From Asterias amurensis (Eukaryota), in NCBI RefSeq assembly GCF_032118995.1, contig NC_092661.1, positions 18,109,185 to 18,173,184 on the forward strand: a stretch of DNA of 64,000 nt. The letters run 5' to 3'. Every line of letters begins with the position of its first letter. Within the stretch, counting starts at the first letter, position 1. Position numbers and translations under genes: made by a program. A model generated the notes under the pieces. That model was not told where the DNA came from. It worked only from the letters and a program-made list of their open reading frames with translations, and did no database searches. Shown piece after piece: positions 1-13,016 of this stretch.

Positions 1-345
1 GAAAAGTTGGATTCGGCAATAATACGGACTGTTATGGTTCTAGCTATGATAAGCTTCTTCCTTCACTCTAACTGTAAGTCAGTTAGGTAGTGAGATAGTG
101 AGGATTGGGTGTAGGGGATGGGGGGGGGAGAAATGCTGGATTCGACAACAAATACTCACTTAGAGAACCTAGCTATGATAAGCTTCTTCCTTCACTCTAA
201 CTGTAAGTCAGTTAGGTAGTAAGATAGTGAGGATGGGGTCTAGGGGATGGCAGGAGAAATGATGGATTCGACAATAAATACGGACTCGGAGAACCATGTT
301 ATGGTTCTAGCTATGATAAGCTTCTTCCTTCACTCTAACTGTACC
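1..345. repeat. Tandem repeat, unit ~124 bp, ~2.7 copies ('gctatgataagcttcttccttcactctaactgtaagtcagttaggtag...')
   Basis: Near-identical blocks restart at ~1, ~125 and ~250. The window edge truncates the array. Confidence 0.7.
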
Positions 346-3300
346 ATAGAAGCAAAAACCCAAAGCTAGTATCGTACTTAGAGCAGTGAATCTGGAGTGA
401 CCATTTGTGGTGAGCAACTTGCAGGTGAACACTAGGTGGTTGTAGATACACAGGCTGGTTTTCTCATTCTTTAAGCGGTTGGTTTAATCGGTTTATTATG
501 CTGCAAAACAGAAGTTTGTGCATTTTGTAATTTCAGGCCTGGATTTACACACTGGCCATGGTCACTGTTGCCCTGGTTTTGGCCTTGGTGTCCAATCAAA
601 AGTTTCTTATAAGTGCCCCTTGCAAAATTAAAATGGAACTGCCTTCTTGTAGGTGAAATTTCAAGCATGTTCCTTAACTAAAGAAAACTTTAAATTGAGA
701 AACTCAGAAGGTACACACACCATTCTCTAAAGTCGCCACTTCACAAACTTCTTTTGATTTGTCTAATTTTAGCAAGAGCCTGTTCTTCAGTTATATTGTT
801 GCTGCTGATGGATTTTGGTGCAAAGCTTTTTAATTAAAACAGTTCACGTTTCTTCAAATCTCTCTCTGGAGGCAAATAAAAAAAAAAGGATATAGATTGA
901 GGTAAAATAACGAATGATTTGAAAAAAGGCAATGAAAAATTTCCGTTACTGTGGATGACACTGCAAGTTGAACTCCCAAATGGATTTCCCCCTAGTGTCC
1001 TGAGTCAGTCAGTGCTTTGCCGCCAACGTTGTCTGGTTGACTCCCTCCTTGCAATCAGGTTCGTCTTTAAGTCTCACCGGGGGACTCGACTCACGCAGGA
1101 AACTCGTATGGTTTTCATCAGGTCTTGGTAGTTGCAGTACGTGATCGCCTGCTTTTGGACTCACTTATGTTTTCTGGTTTCTTCTATTTAGGTTTTTTTT
1201 TTTTTTGCTCTCACTTTACAGTTTTGGTCTTTTTTTAGTTTTTTTATTTGTATAATGTTTATCTGGCCTAATTGAATTGTGGCAATATAAATAAGATACC
1301 ATAAGCATTGATATGAGGGGGTCTTCACATTCTATTTCCTGAACTCTGACAGGAAGATTTGTACTGTTTGAACCTTATAATCATTGAGTTTGCAGATTAA
1401 ACATATTATTTCCTTTTTGATGTTTAAAAATCATGTGCACTCAATAAATGACTTTAATAGACATGAACTTAGTGTCACATATCCCTGTCATAACATTTTT
1501 TTATGGTTCATGAATGCACTTTGTCAGTCTTAATCAATGTCAGATCATAAATGTCAGATCTAATTTTTCTTTGAGTAGCTCTGAAATAATAATTGGGCTT
1601 AAACGTTAGACACCCCCAAGAAAAACCTGTAGTGACCAAGCACGAGATTATCTGTGACAGAGACGGCGATGGCTAGGGATGACACGCGGAGATGAGTTTA
1701 ACGTCTTTCTTCCTGTTCGTGGCGTCACTCTCAAGATCCCTTTCCTCTTCTTTATTAGCGACGTTTGATTTACCGTGACATTTGAGTGGTTGGAGGGAAG
1801 ATGCGCCATCAGTGTTTTAGAGGGCCACAGGAAATGTTACTGGTGTCTTTGTAGATTGGAGCTTGGGACCATCTGTATTGTGTTAAATCAGCACTTATTG
1901 ATCAATAGGTTAGCAGGGGTAGGGCAAATTTAGACCAAATGCTTATTTCACCATGTGGCTTCCCTGTCAGAAAATGGCAATGACTTCATAACAACATACT
2001 GTACTTTTTTTCTTTTTTTTGGGGGGGGGGTGCTGTGGGTGTTTGTTTGTTTGCTTGTTTAGCCAATCTTTCACATAAACATTGGTTTAATATCTATGGT
2101 TATAAATTGCACAAATTGTGATTCAGTAACTAGAACATGGATTTGATTCCTATCATGACTGTCTATATATCTTATTTGTCTAAGAACACTACCTGCTGAT
2201 CCATCTCCACCCCCCCCCCATTAACCAATGACACGCATCAGTCAGCGCACCGATACTTCAAATGACCGATATATTAGAACCCAGATCAGATAAAATAAGT
2301 GTCAAACTCAAACCAGATGACGGTATACAAGCAAAGTCTAAGATCTACTCATCAATCATACAGCAGAAGTCGGACAACTTTCTGATGATGATGAAATAAA
2401 TCCTGTTCAATTATGGAATGAAGTCTCTCAGCGCTGATGATCGTTAGTAGCTCCATCATCACCAGCGATCCTGAACGCAGTCTGAACCCTATCTCACTCC
2501 CATGACTGACCGCTAACCACTTGATGGTTGAATCCCGTCCACCTCCAACCCCTTAACCCCCCCCCCCCCCCCCCCCCTCAACTAAGTAAGGAGTCAAAAG
2601 GAATTAACTGAAGGGGCTATTTGTAGAAAGCAACAGTGGAACGGACACGGGAAACAGTTTGATCAAGGAAACTGGCAATAAAAATAAACAGTCTCAATAT
2701 AGATCCCTGACTGGGATACGGATGGATGGTTTTTTGCAGAAGTTGCGGGTGGGTCTTATCGGCCTGAAAAACTCACTGAGACTGGATTTAATTTGATGAC
2801 CACTAAAGCTCTTGATTGGCGGAAGATAAATATTAGGGCCCTGTTAGGTTTGAAACTTGGCACGATGGTAATACAATCTAGTACGGTCTGAGGAGACATC
2901 ATGTACGTAAAACTCTCTCTGTTAAGGTGGCTCTGAAAATAATTCAGTTCAGTTCAATACTTTATTCATCATGCCCAGCATGAAAATTACTTCCTCGTTT
3001 AGCACATTAAAATACAGTTATTAAAAATAGCAGAAAAACATACATGAATCGTAGAAATTGAAACAGCAACAATATAGTAAAAATATCACATGGCAAACAA
3101 AGCGTTTTTAAAGTACACCAGAATTAAAATATACAATAAAACAGAAACTAAACTAAGGATGATTAGGAAAGGAAAGGGGGATGAAAAAGGATGGAAGGAA
3201 GGATGGGGTGGGGGGGGGGTGAATGGGAAGACAATGCATGGGAACGAGGGAGAGACCATAGGTGACATGGATTGGGAAGTACGAAGCAAGTCATCTAATA

Positions 3301-4828
3301 AAATTCCTGTTAAAATAAGAAATCTTTTGTTTACAACTCAACATTTTGATCAGTATTCTCTGATCATCTTCAGGAGAATGCTGGACCCTGGTTTTGAGTT
3401 CAATTTCCAGTGACTGAAATTAGCACATCTTTGTAATAAATTGTTGTTCCTAATATTTGAATCAAGAGAAGTGTTTTGATCCAAATATTAACACACTGTT
3501 ATTGGAAAAGAATATTGAAATGGTGATCTTATGACTAAAGCTTGCATCTACCTATAACCAAAAGAAAACATTTCCCAGATTAAAAAACGACATCGGTAAC
3601 TCATGTACTCCCTAACTTTACACAGAGTCAACAAGTGGATATCTTTAATTTAAAAGGAAGTTAATAAATCTATTATAAATTAAATTGTTGGAACTATACC
3701 CAGCAGCTGTTCATCGTTTCAATGATCAGTTCAAAGTGAAAGGGAAAAAGAAGGTTGCAAACAACTGTTCCTCCTATAATAATTTATACTAAAGTTCTTT
3801 CTCCCCCAGAGCATGTATTATGACCGTAGCTTTATCAAATTATGTCGCTTTTTGAAAAAGAATGCAAAGTCATTACTTGATGTTGGCATGAACCAAGCAT
3901 AATTTTCAAGGGCTGTGTGTATTTATTGAACAGTTTCTGCCACATAATCAAAGTCATGCTGGGAATAAGTCCTGTTTGATACTGCCTTTGGTGATCACAT
4001 TGGAATCTATTCTTCAAATAGGGATCTGTGCTCAGCTTTTACCCCATTTTGAATCAACTGCATCAATGAACTTCTTCTTATAAATTTGTTTCCAAAAAAA
4101 TAAAAAATAAAAATAAAAAACTTGAAGAAGAAAACAAACCCAAAACCAAAAGCATTTATTGGTTTTGCAAGTTCAATTGACCCGTCTTATAATACTCAAG
4201 GAACCCACTTGATGTTAAAGTAACACATGCCTTCACAGTGTTTGACTTTTTGCCTCGCTAATGCTTTTTGAGGTGGTTTTATAATCTAGACTATATGGAG
4301 CCTTGTAAATAATGTATGGGTAATATAAACAAGAGTGTGGTAAACAAGTAGTTTTTACCAGGTCACTTTGTGCACACATTTCATTTTGAAAGTAAACAAG
4401 GCTTCCCTTTCACATGGAAGTCATTGTAAGCCACAGAAGTTGTACTGTAGTCTCAAGTATCAGAAACTAATTTCATCTTGTATGAATAAATTCATGGAGT
4501 GGGCAGGAAAAATACGTAACAGACACCTTACCACATGTTTTCAGAGTTAGTCTTTTGGCTCATCAAGTTGATCTTTGATATCTTGTGACATCATGATGGC
4601 ACCAGTGCATTTATGTAACATGATTGCCGAAACACATGTCAGCCATGCACTAAACAAGTCAAGCACTATTAAGTTTGAAGGAACAGCCTCGGCTCCAAGA
4701 TTGTTTGTTGCTGTTGCATTGGGTTGAATCTCATGCTGATGATACGCAACTAGCAACAAGCAACAAGCGCCCTCATAGTTCATTTCTGCATTTATCTAAA
4801 TCCAGGGCTCAAACTCATTGAGCTGCTT

Positions 4829-5212
4829 AAAGGCAGTGGACACTATTGGTATTTACTCAAAATAATTATTAGCATAAAACCTTACTTGGTAACGAGTAAT
4901 GGAGAGCTGTTGATAGTATAAAACATTGTGAGAAATGGCTTCCTCTGAAGTAACCTAGTTTTAGAGAAAGAAGTAATTTTCCAGGAATTTGATTTTGAGA
5001 CCTCAGAATTAGATTTTGAGGTCTCGAAATCAAGCACCTGAAAGCACACAATTTAGTGTGACTAGGGTGTTTTTTCTTTCATTATTATCTCGCAACTTCG
5101 ATGACCAATTGTGCTCAAATTTTCACAGGGTTGTTATTTTATGCATATGTTGAGATACACTAAGTGAGAAGACTGGTCTTTGACAAATACCAATGGTGTC
5201 CACAGTCTTTAA
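4829..5212. mobile_element. MITE family A copy (TIR 'GGCAGTGGACACTATTGGTAATT', ~380 bp, nested internal palindrome 'tcgagacctcaaattctagaatttgaggtctcga')
   Basis: Starts 'aaaggcagtggacactattggtatttactcaaaataattattagcat' and ends '...accaatggtgtccacagtcttta'. It carries the spurious ORF 4869..5051. Confidence 0.75.
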
Positions 5213-6015
5213 GCAAAAAAAAGCAGCTAAGTATAAGAAAAATACTCTCACCAGAATGAGGGGTACCAGCCAAACTACCATGTCACATGTGCAATTTTTG
5301 ACTGGTATCCTTCTTATTTCTGCTTAGCAGAAAATAGGGAAGCAATTTGTTTTTGCTAAATCAGCTTTATGAAATTGGGTTTAGTCGGTAAAACAAAAAT
5401 GTTTATTTTTCTCGAATTAATAAACAGGCCTGAGCACTTGTGAAAGTTTTCTAACCCAAAAGAAAGGAAGAAAGAATCTGTCTAACAATAAAGAGTTTCT
5501 TGACAGCTTTTGCTCCGTTGGTAGAGTGCCGGCAGGTTAATCTGTGGGTCAAAGTTTCATGTCCCTCTCTAGTCAATTTTTCTTTGTTCAGTCCAAAATA
5601 ATTTATTTGCTGTAAATTTTATTTGCAATTTACATGATAGATTTAAAAGAATGATGCCCAATCATGTCTGTTTAATATGATTTGATGTTTCCAACTCTAC
5701 ATATGGTCGATAGTTTTTAGCAGTTGACAAATCTAATCCATCTCTCTCGGCCCACGCTCCTCCAAAATTACTCTTCTTAAATGATGCATGCTCATCCATT
5801 AATATGTTTTGTACGGTTAAAGGTAGTTTTAATCAAGTTAACTCTATTCTTACTGTCTAGCCAATCTTAATACGATCTCTATAGCTTTCATGTTGATACG
5901 TTATTAAATTTTATGTAATAAACCACTAGGGAAACTGGCTGAAATAATTTTGGGTGGGTAGAACAATGAAAATTGACTAGAACTGGTACTGGGACTCAAC
6001 TAACTGAGCTCACCT

Positions 6016-6238
6016 GGGCCCAATTTCATAAAGCCTGTAAGCACAACAATTTGCTTAGCATGAAATTTCTTCCTTGATAAAAGCAGGATTACCAACAAAA
6101 TTTCCATCTGTTGCACATTGCTTGTTACTGGTATTCAGCCGTTGCTTGCTTATCCTGAAAATCACGTGGAAATTTGGTTGGTAATGCTGTTTTCATCAAG
6201 GATGTGCTTACAGGCTCTATGAAATTGGGTCTAGCCCT
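6016..6238. mobile_element. MITE family B copy (TIR 'GGGCCCAATTTCATA(A/G)AGC')
   Basis: 'gggcccaatttcataaagcctgtaagcac...ggctctatgaaattgggtctagccc'. The ends are inverted copies of each other. Confidence 0.7.
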
Positions 6239-6450
6239 TATGTTGACAGTCTCCCTACTTTGTCAATTGAATTTGAAAATGAAAAATCAACATTTTACCG
6301 TGAAGTCTGTGGTGGGGTCATTTTAGAGAAAGCATGGAACATTATCAGGTGTACATAAAAATGTTGACTCTGAGCCTTCATAACAATTTGTTGATTGATT
6401 CTTTAACAATTGAATTCAAAATCTATTAATATTTGTTTGTTTTTCATCAG

Positions 6451-6592
6451 TGGTGCGTAAAGGCGAAAGTGGGTTTATCTACTTCCGGCTGATGACAAAG
6501 AAAACCAAATGGTTGTGGGTCCAGGCTAAAGGGCGAGTCATCTACAAGAGTGGTAAACCAGACTATATTGTGTCCACACACAGACCAATGAG
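6451..6592 (+). CDS. AHR: AHR homologue, PAS-B/PAC exon (…M VRKGESGFIYFRLMTKKTKWLWVQAKGRVIYKSGKPDYIVSTHRPM S)
   Basis: Acceptor 'ttttcatcag|TG', donor 'ATGAG|gtaagact'. The peptide aligns with vertebrate AHR '[47 protein letters not shown]'. Phase in is 1 and phase out is 2. Upstream exons were not located (they may lie in 1..6400 or beyond the window). Confidence 0.8.
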
Positions 6593-6810
6593 GTAAGACT
6601 ATAGAGGGCGCTGTCACTTCACAACAGTGTGCATTGTGCACTGGGGACTTGTAAGGGGTGGCATGGCATTGTGATTGGCCAATCCGTTGTGGTCCCAATG
6701 TGCTTATTACCTACTGATATTGTATTGCCCCAAGTGACTTGAGAAAAGACCAAGGACTGAATCCAATGTATCTTGAGAAAATAGAATGTTGTAAACAGCT
6801 GAAGAACCAT

Positions 6811-7188
6811 AAGGACTGGACACTATTGGTAATTGTAAAAAAACAGTCTTCTCACTTGGTGTCAACATATGCATAAAATATCCAACCTGTGAAAATTTGA
6901 GCTCAATTGGTTGTCGAAGTTGAGAGATAAGTATGAAAGAAAAAAACACCCTTGTCACACGAAGTTGTGTGTGTTTAGATGGTTGATTTCGAGACCTCAA
7001 GTTCTAAACCTGAGGTCCTGAAATCAAATTCGTGGAAAATTACTTCGTTCTCAAAAACTATGTCACTTCAGAGGGAGCTGTTTCTTACAATGTTTTATAC
7101 GATCAACCTCTCCCCATTACTTGTTACAAAGTAAGGTTTTATGCTAATAATTAATTTGAGTGATTACCAATAGTGTCCACTGCCTTTA
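6811..7188. mobile_element. MITE family A copy (in AHR intron)
   Basis: 'aaggactggacactattggtaattg...attaccaatagtgtccactgcctttaat'. It carries the spurious ORFs 6707..7000 and 6619..6810. Confidence 0.7.
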
Positions 7189-8466
7189 ATACTATATGGT
7201 TTGAATGCTCTTAAAAAAAAAAACTTGTTTTAGAGACATGCAAATGTACTAAAAACACATATCAATATTTCAGGACGATGGATGTTGATTTGTGTTGACA
7301 TAGTATGCTGTTTGTTGATAACAAGTGTAAAGATACCACATCATGAGCATTAGTTGGAAACCCATGCTTCTGATTACCATGGCGTTTGACCTCTATGATG
7401 TTATGTCAGTGATGGTGGTACTGCCTTTTGGGTCTTTTTGTACTTGATTATTATCCATTTTGTCCGACAGCTATGTGCACAAGATATCTGCATAATTGAG
7501 CTAACAAGAGCTAACATGAGTACGGTTAATAAGGGGGTTGCACATCATGAACATGACAGATGCAGAAAAGAGTCTATTCACAAAATGGTTTATGTTTTCA
7601 GCTCTTTTGTTCTCGTAATAAAATGTTAGTTTTTTTAATCCCAAACTGTTTGTGTTTTAAAAAGTTGTAATTTCAGCACATTGTATTCTTCCAATAAAAA
7701 ATATTTGAAAATCTCTGAAAAATTTTGTTTTGACAGATGTTTTTTCCAGATTTCTTCTTACTCAAATATTGTTCTGCAGAAAATATGTCACCTCTTTTAA
7801 CCTTTTTTTAAAGATGCTACGTCAGATTTGTGGCCGATTTGACCCAACAATTTTGACTTAAAATTCAATAGGTATTTTGATGGTGGTCGAGAAAGTTACA
7901 AGCTTTCATTTGAGCCATTGCTCGAAAAAGTCCGCCAATTATTAGTAGCAGTGAAATAAAGTGCTCAAAATTAGTTTTTGTCGGGATCCCGACAATATAT
8001 CACGTGACCAATTCTTATGTGTTTTATAAGAAATGTTTTAAATTTTTGTCATGATTCCTCACCATTAAAAGTAAAAGTTAAATTTTTTTTGTCAGAGCGG
8101 GTGATACGCTTTGAAATACCATTCATTAAAAAAAATCTATTTTTTAATGTTTGGGGCCAAAAATCTGACATAGCATCTTTAAGTGTTTCCAATGCACTCA
8201 CAATTTGCTGAACAAAGATTAAACAAAATTGTTATACACTAGCCCACACTGCGTACCACACAAGCCTAAAGTTACTCCCCTTTTGGCGCACTGGTGCCTG
8301 TGTTCTCTCATTTATCCAGGACAAATTTTATAGTTGTCTGATTTTTGTATGATCAGGAGAAAGAAATTCAGTTCCTGCAGGTATTTTCCATCTGCTTTTG
8401 CTTTGAGTGTCATAATCTCATCACTTCAGAGGCTTAAACAAAGCAAAAATTTTTGTTCTGTTGCAG

Positions 8467-8585
8467 TGACCAAGAAGGAGATCAACATTTAAATGCACGG
8501 GGAGAGCCATTTAAGTTCCCCTTCCGTGGCAATGCAGAGCTATATGATTGCAACCCACCATACCCTCCCATTCCTATCCCAAGAG
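8467..8585 (+). CDS. AHR: AHR homologue exon (SDQEGDQHLNARGEPFKFPFRGNAELYDCNPPYPPIPIPR)
   Basis: Acceptor 'ttgcag|TGACC', donor 'CCAAGAG|gtacgt'. It matches vertebrate AHR '[42 protein letters not shown]'. Phase in is 2 and phase out is 1. Confidence 0.75.
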
Positions 8586-8635
8586 GTACGTATTATACAG
8601 TCAAATAACCTTACTTCTCTTAAAATTGTTATCCT

Positions 8636-8936
8636 AGGAGCAAGTTCGAGTGCGCACATTTAGTCCACCAGTGGTCGACCACAGACTAGCAACGCACATG
8701 CGCAGTTTGGTAGTCTAGTCAACCTTCCACCTTTTTGCTAAAGTGTCACTGGTTCCCCTTTGCGCTTAGCACATGTTAGAATGGAACATACTGTTGGGAC
8801 CAGTGAAGAAACCATGGTCTCGAGGCTGGTTCCAAATGGTCGACCACAGTAGTCAACCAATGGTCGACCAGCCTGGGTTCGAGTAAAAATGGTCAACCTT
8901 TAGTTAACCATTGTGCACACTCGAACTTGCTCCTGG
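8636..8936. mobile_element. MITE family C copy (TIR 'GGAGCAAGTTCGAGTG(C/T)GCACA')
   Basis: 'ggagcaagttcgagtgcgcacattt...tgtgcacactcgaacttgctcct'. A second copy lies at 13017..13345. Confidence 0.7.
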
Positions 8937-8944
8937 TTGTTAAA

Positions 8945-9330
8945 CCCTTTTGAGGCCGTAGTGGCCACAAGCGGCTTGTACCAAAATGCCCATAGCAGCC
9001 ACAAATGGCCGCAAGATTTGACCTACTTCCATTCTTGAAACCAAAGAGGTCAAAGTGTAAAGTTCATGTCAACAACGGCTGCCCTTTAACCATTTAGAGG
9101 CCTCAGCGGCAACAAGCGGCTTGTACCAAAATGTCCATAGCAGCCACAAATGGCAGCAAGATTTGACCTACTTCCATCAACCTAAGAGGTCAAAGTGTAA
9201 AGTTAATGTCAACAACGGCTGCCCCTTAACCATTTAGAGGCCATAGCAGCAACAAGCGGCTTGTACCAAAATGTCCATAGCAGCCACAAATGGCAGCAAG
9301 GTTTGACCTACTTCCATTCACAGTCGTAGT
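8945..9330. repeat. Minisatellite, unit ~120 bp x ~3 ('ggcttgtaccaaaatg(c/t)ccatagcagccacaaatggc(a/c)gcaag(a/g)tttgacctacttcc...')
   Basis: Three near-identical tandem units lie in the AHR intron directly after MITE C. Confidence 0.7.
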
Positions 9331-9719
9331 GAAAGAAAAGTTGCCATTTTCCAATGTGTACCATGTTGACTTACTACTTGCATTTACAAAACGCAACAGA
9401 ATTGCTGTTTATTTTTTTATTTTATTTTTTTCAAAGACATTTTTACTGTAAAAATAACAACATGCATTAATCACATTGTGTGTGCGGATTGTGATGATTA
9501 TACATAACTGAATAGTCTCTATAATGATTGGTGCAGCAATGTGCAAAGCAAATTTATGAACTTGATTAATGCTTTGACAAATATCTCAGGGTTAAGCGAG
9601 GGGTTTAACCCTGCTGAATTCTGTGAATGATACTCAAGCTATAGTCCATTAAGGAAGCTATCAACTTAAACTTCAGGTAAATGTTATGCTAATTGTTTTG
9701 TTTATGTGTCTTTTTACAG

Positions 9720-11806
9720 CTATTCTTGAGGGTAGAGCCAAGTTCCCTACCAATTTCCCACCATTCACTGGGGATGGCCCCCCTCCTGGTTTTCCAGCTG
9801 GGGGTCTACCTCCTGGCTTTCCAGCGGGAGGTCCACCTCCTGGCTTTCCAGCAGGAGGTCCACCTCCTGGCTTTCCACCTTTCCCTGGTGATGGACCACC
9901 ACCCGGTTTCCCTGCAGACGGTTTCCCACCTGGAGGGTTCCCACCAGGCAGGCTTCCTCCAGGATTCGACCCTCACTCACAAATGCCAGCAAGTTTGGAT
10001 CTTCCAGGGATGTCCACTCGCCAAGAGAGAAGACCCAAGCTTGTTGCCAGGCGGCAGCTCACCAAGCCCCAGCACGGCACTCCACCCCCAAATGTCACAG
10101 TGAACCCCTCCAATGGAACCATAAGTTTCAACCCAATGTCCAGAATATCACCCAAGGTGTCTTTATCAGAGGCGACTCCACAAGCTCCTCCACAACAGCT
10201 GCCTCAGCCTTATCGCTCTACAACCCAGGAGGAACACCTCCAGCAAGAGCTCCAAAAATTCACTAAAGCCTTCCAGGATGTCAGTATGCGAGAAGAAGCT
10301 AATGCAAGAGCCTTGTCTGACAGGGATCAAAGTAATATGTATGCAATGCAAAACATGCCCACATCTTTGGAAGGTCTCACTATGAGCAATCAGATTGATC
10401 ATAGTCAACATGGCAGCCAACATACTCTGGATTCCAGCTCAGTTAGCCTTGATACTATTAATCCCGTGATTAACTCCCTGGATTCTGAACTAAATGAATT
10501 TGACACTGATTGGATAGTCTTGAAGACATCTCCACAAAGGGAGAATGACTTTAGCCAAAGTTGTGCTATGGTGTCTTCGGCTACACCTAACCAGGCAGTG
10601 TCCAGTGCTTCCTCTAACCCTTACTCCTGTCTGCAAGGCATCAATGTTGGCAACCCTAAAACTTCCTGCATCACATCAGCACCCACCTCAAACACACCAA
10701 GAAATGCCTCTACAAATCTGCTTAACTGGGATCAGCCATCAACAAAATGGTCTCCCAACCCCATGTCCCATAACAGTGTTGGCGACATTGAACTGGGTTC
10801 ATCTACAAAGTCTATCCCATCTTTCAGTGATGCCCTAGCCCCCATCACCTTTGACGAGCTCATCCCCACTCTTACGCCCAACGAAAAACAAGAACAAATG
10901 GTTATGCAGAGACTTAATGGTGATAACCTTGGGTTCAGATGTGAACCTGAGCCCACTAAGCCAGTGTCAATGCTGATAGTAAACCCCATGCATCAAGCTC
11001 CTCCCGGGCTCGATGATTCATCCATGTGTGCTGGACAACAGTTCCCCGTATCCCTTCCCTTTTCTCAGTCATCAAATACACCTCAAATACCTCCAATACA
11101 AAGAAATGGCGGGCTAGACGCCAGCCATGATTCCTTTACCATGGTGGATTTTCCCAGCATTAGTGATGAGATGTCTCCTGTGAGCCAACAGTATGACAGC
11201 ATGAGCACCACACTGTCTGACAGTCTGTTCAGTCCTACTGGAAACACCAGCGACTTACCAGCCAACTGGCTCCACCAAAGTGTCAACAGTCCGCCCGATA
11301 TCAAATATCCACTGACAGACGAGCAACTTCTCACATTAACAAGTCAACACAATGGTTTCCCTGCAATGAATGCAATTCCCCAGCACAATGGTGTCACCCC
11401 ATCAAGCTGGCTGCAGCAGCCAACTAACCAAGGTACCTTGACCCAGCAACAGCGACAGCATTACCGTCAGCCACACAATATGGGCAGTCCCAGGCAGGCC
11501 TTTGCTCCAGACAACACCTTCAATCAATTATCTCAAGTCATGGTCCACGGAAGCCTGACAGAGCAGAGTTTTTCCAACCAAGAGCAAGTGCATCCAGTCC
11601 TGAATCAAGGAAACCTTTCACAGCAGCAGCGAAGACAAATCATCAATAACTTGAAGGGTCAGTCTATGCAGCCACCAGACTACCAAGCTGTGTATGAGAA
11701 TACAATGGTAACAGAGAATACTCTGCTGACTGGAGCTAATGGATACAATGGGCTTAATGGAGATCAGGAGGTCATTCTTATGCAACAGGAATATGCAACT
11801 ATGAGA
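9720..11806 (+). CDS. AHR: AHR homologue large exon: P/G-rich repeat (PPGFPAGG x4) then S/T/Q-rich transactivation region
   Basis: Acceptor 'tttttacag|CT' completes the codon G+CT=Ala in frame with ORF 9686..11845. Donor 'ATGAGA|gtgagt' falls at 11806/11807. The true exon start is 9720, not the M at 9686. Confidence 0.7.
9780..9960 (+). repeat. Coding imperfect tandem repeat encoding (G)PPPGFPAGG x4-5
   Basis: 'cctcctggctttccagc(g/a)ggaggtccac' units lie within the AHR exon. Confidence 0.6.
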
Positions 11807-12219
11807 GTGAGTATCACAACATTTATTACAGTAAACAGAATTTGAAAAAAGGGTTTTAGATTTGTTTATTTTTATTACGCTCCAACCACACAATGGGAGA
11901 CTTTGAGGCGCTTGGTGGCAGCAGACTTACCAGGTAAATTTTCGTTGTTTGCGTAGTTATGAGCGTGCGCACATTATCGATAACAATGGATTCTACCTGA
12001 TAAGTCTGCTGCCACCAAGCGTCCTGGAAGTTTCCCATTGGCGCCAATGACAGGATTAAAAGGAAATGAAATGAAATGAAATGTTCAGTTTGAGATGTGG
12101 GAGGAAAACCCCAATGGGCTTTGGTCTGATGTGGGATTAAAACTGGGGTCCACTGAAGTGAGAGATTGGGAAAGAAACACTGAGTCAACCTAATCCCCAA
12201 TTGTCTTACTTGGTTGTAG

Positions 12220-12259
12220 GGAAACTATGCAGCCCAGCCTTCAGCTTACCAGCAGTTTC

Positions 12260-12300
<41 letters not shown>

Positions 12301-12501
12301 CGACAGCTGCAGCAGCAACAACAACAACAACAACAACAACGACAGCTGCAGCAGCAACAACAACAACAACAACTACAACAACAGCAGCAACAACAACATC
12401 ATCAGCGGCAGCAGCAACAACAGCAACAGCTGAATTTCAAACCTGACTTCCTTCAAACAACCAATATTCCTGAGCAGCTATATCTCAACAATGTTCCATG
12501 A
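12220..12501 (+). CDS. AHR: AHR homologue terminal exon: GNYAAQPSAYQQF-(Q)n-RQLQ-(Q)n ... LNFKPDFLQTTNIPEQLYLNNVP*
   Basis: Acceptor 'tggttgtag|GGAAAC' is phase 0, and frame 1 gives poly-Q. The stop TGA is at 12499-12501. This exon is absent from the ORF track because it has no internal Met, and the N-rich and T-rich frames there are artefacts. Confidence 0.65.
12253..12440 (+). repeat. (CAA)n trinucleotide repeat with duplicated 'CGACAGCTGCAGCAG' interruptions (poly-Q coding)
   Basis: Two runs of pure CAA are each followed by 'cgacagctgcagcagcaacaa'. This is a 39-nt unit duplication inside the AHR C-terminal exon. Confidence 0.85.
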
Positions 12502-13016
12502 TGTCTTTTGAAACCCCTGCCATACTTCAAAGCTTGATGTTCTTCAGGATGCAACCAAAGTAAATCAAATTACTTAATACATGTATTTAAGTCTGGTGTA
12601 AAGGTTAGATAGGGTTAGCATTTGTTTCAGAGATTCTGTTGATGGGAACACAAACAGGTGCATTATGTTTTCATCAATTTTTTCCTTTTTTTCCCCTCTA
12701 AGTTAATGGAAACACAACCACAAATTTTGATCGTTAACTGCATCTTTTCCCCTCCCCCATTTTAGTTACATTGTGAGCTGAAAGATGTTTTTCTACTTCC
12801 AGCTCAAAAGCCAGCACACATTGGTGTGTAATTTTACCTTTTTTGGATTGTATAGCATCATTTCTTAATTGGACTGTTTGGTTTGCAAAACACAAATTTC
12901 TCACATAAATACTTGCATACAAACTAGTTCAATAACCTGTTTCCTGTGAGCACCTGTTCATTGTTCGAGCCAGTCTTTTCAAAGTGGGTGTGGAATGAAG
13001 TCACGCTTACCAACAG

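Noticed and set aside
760-830. Peptide 'SYIVAADGFWCKAF*' faintly resembling the AHR PAS-B 'FIHAADMLYCAE' stretch
   Set aside because: It is followed directly by a stop, lacks the donor and phase needed to join the 6451 exon, and the similarity is weak. The real upstream AHR exons probably lie elsewhere or outside the window.
3086-3413. Opposing ORFs in a G-run-rich or poly-purine segment
   Set aside because: This is low-complexity sequence ('ggggtggggggggggtgaatggg') with no homology and no splice context.
4869-5051. Recurrent 60-92-aa ORFs 'MCAFRCLISRPQ…' / 'MSSIGRRSCE…' (also 15012..15276, 20664..20931, 29129..29407, 60695..60944, 6707..7000)
   Set aside because: All lie inside copies of MITE family A in varying orientation. 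Identical short ORFs at 6+ dispersed intronic or intergenic sites are repeat-borne noise, not a gene family.
9693-10155. Overlapping sense and antisense ORFs within the AHR large exon (9693..10103 +, 9765..9992 -, 9973..10155 -)
   Set aside because: GC-richer coding sequence with repeats is open in several frames. Only frame 2 is continuous with the upstream exon and with AHR homology.
12201-12446. ORFs encoding poly-Thr and poly-Asn (track entries 12201..12446 and 12227..12433)
   Set aside because: They are alternative frames of the (CAA)n repeat. The spliced AHR frame (frame 1, with no internal Met) encodes poly-Gln.
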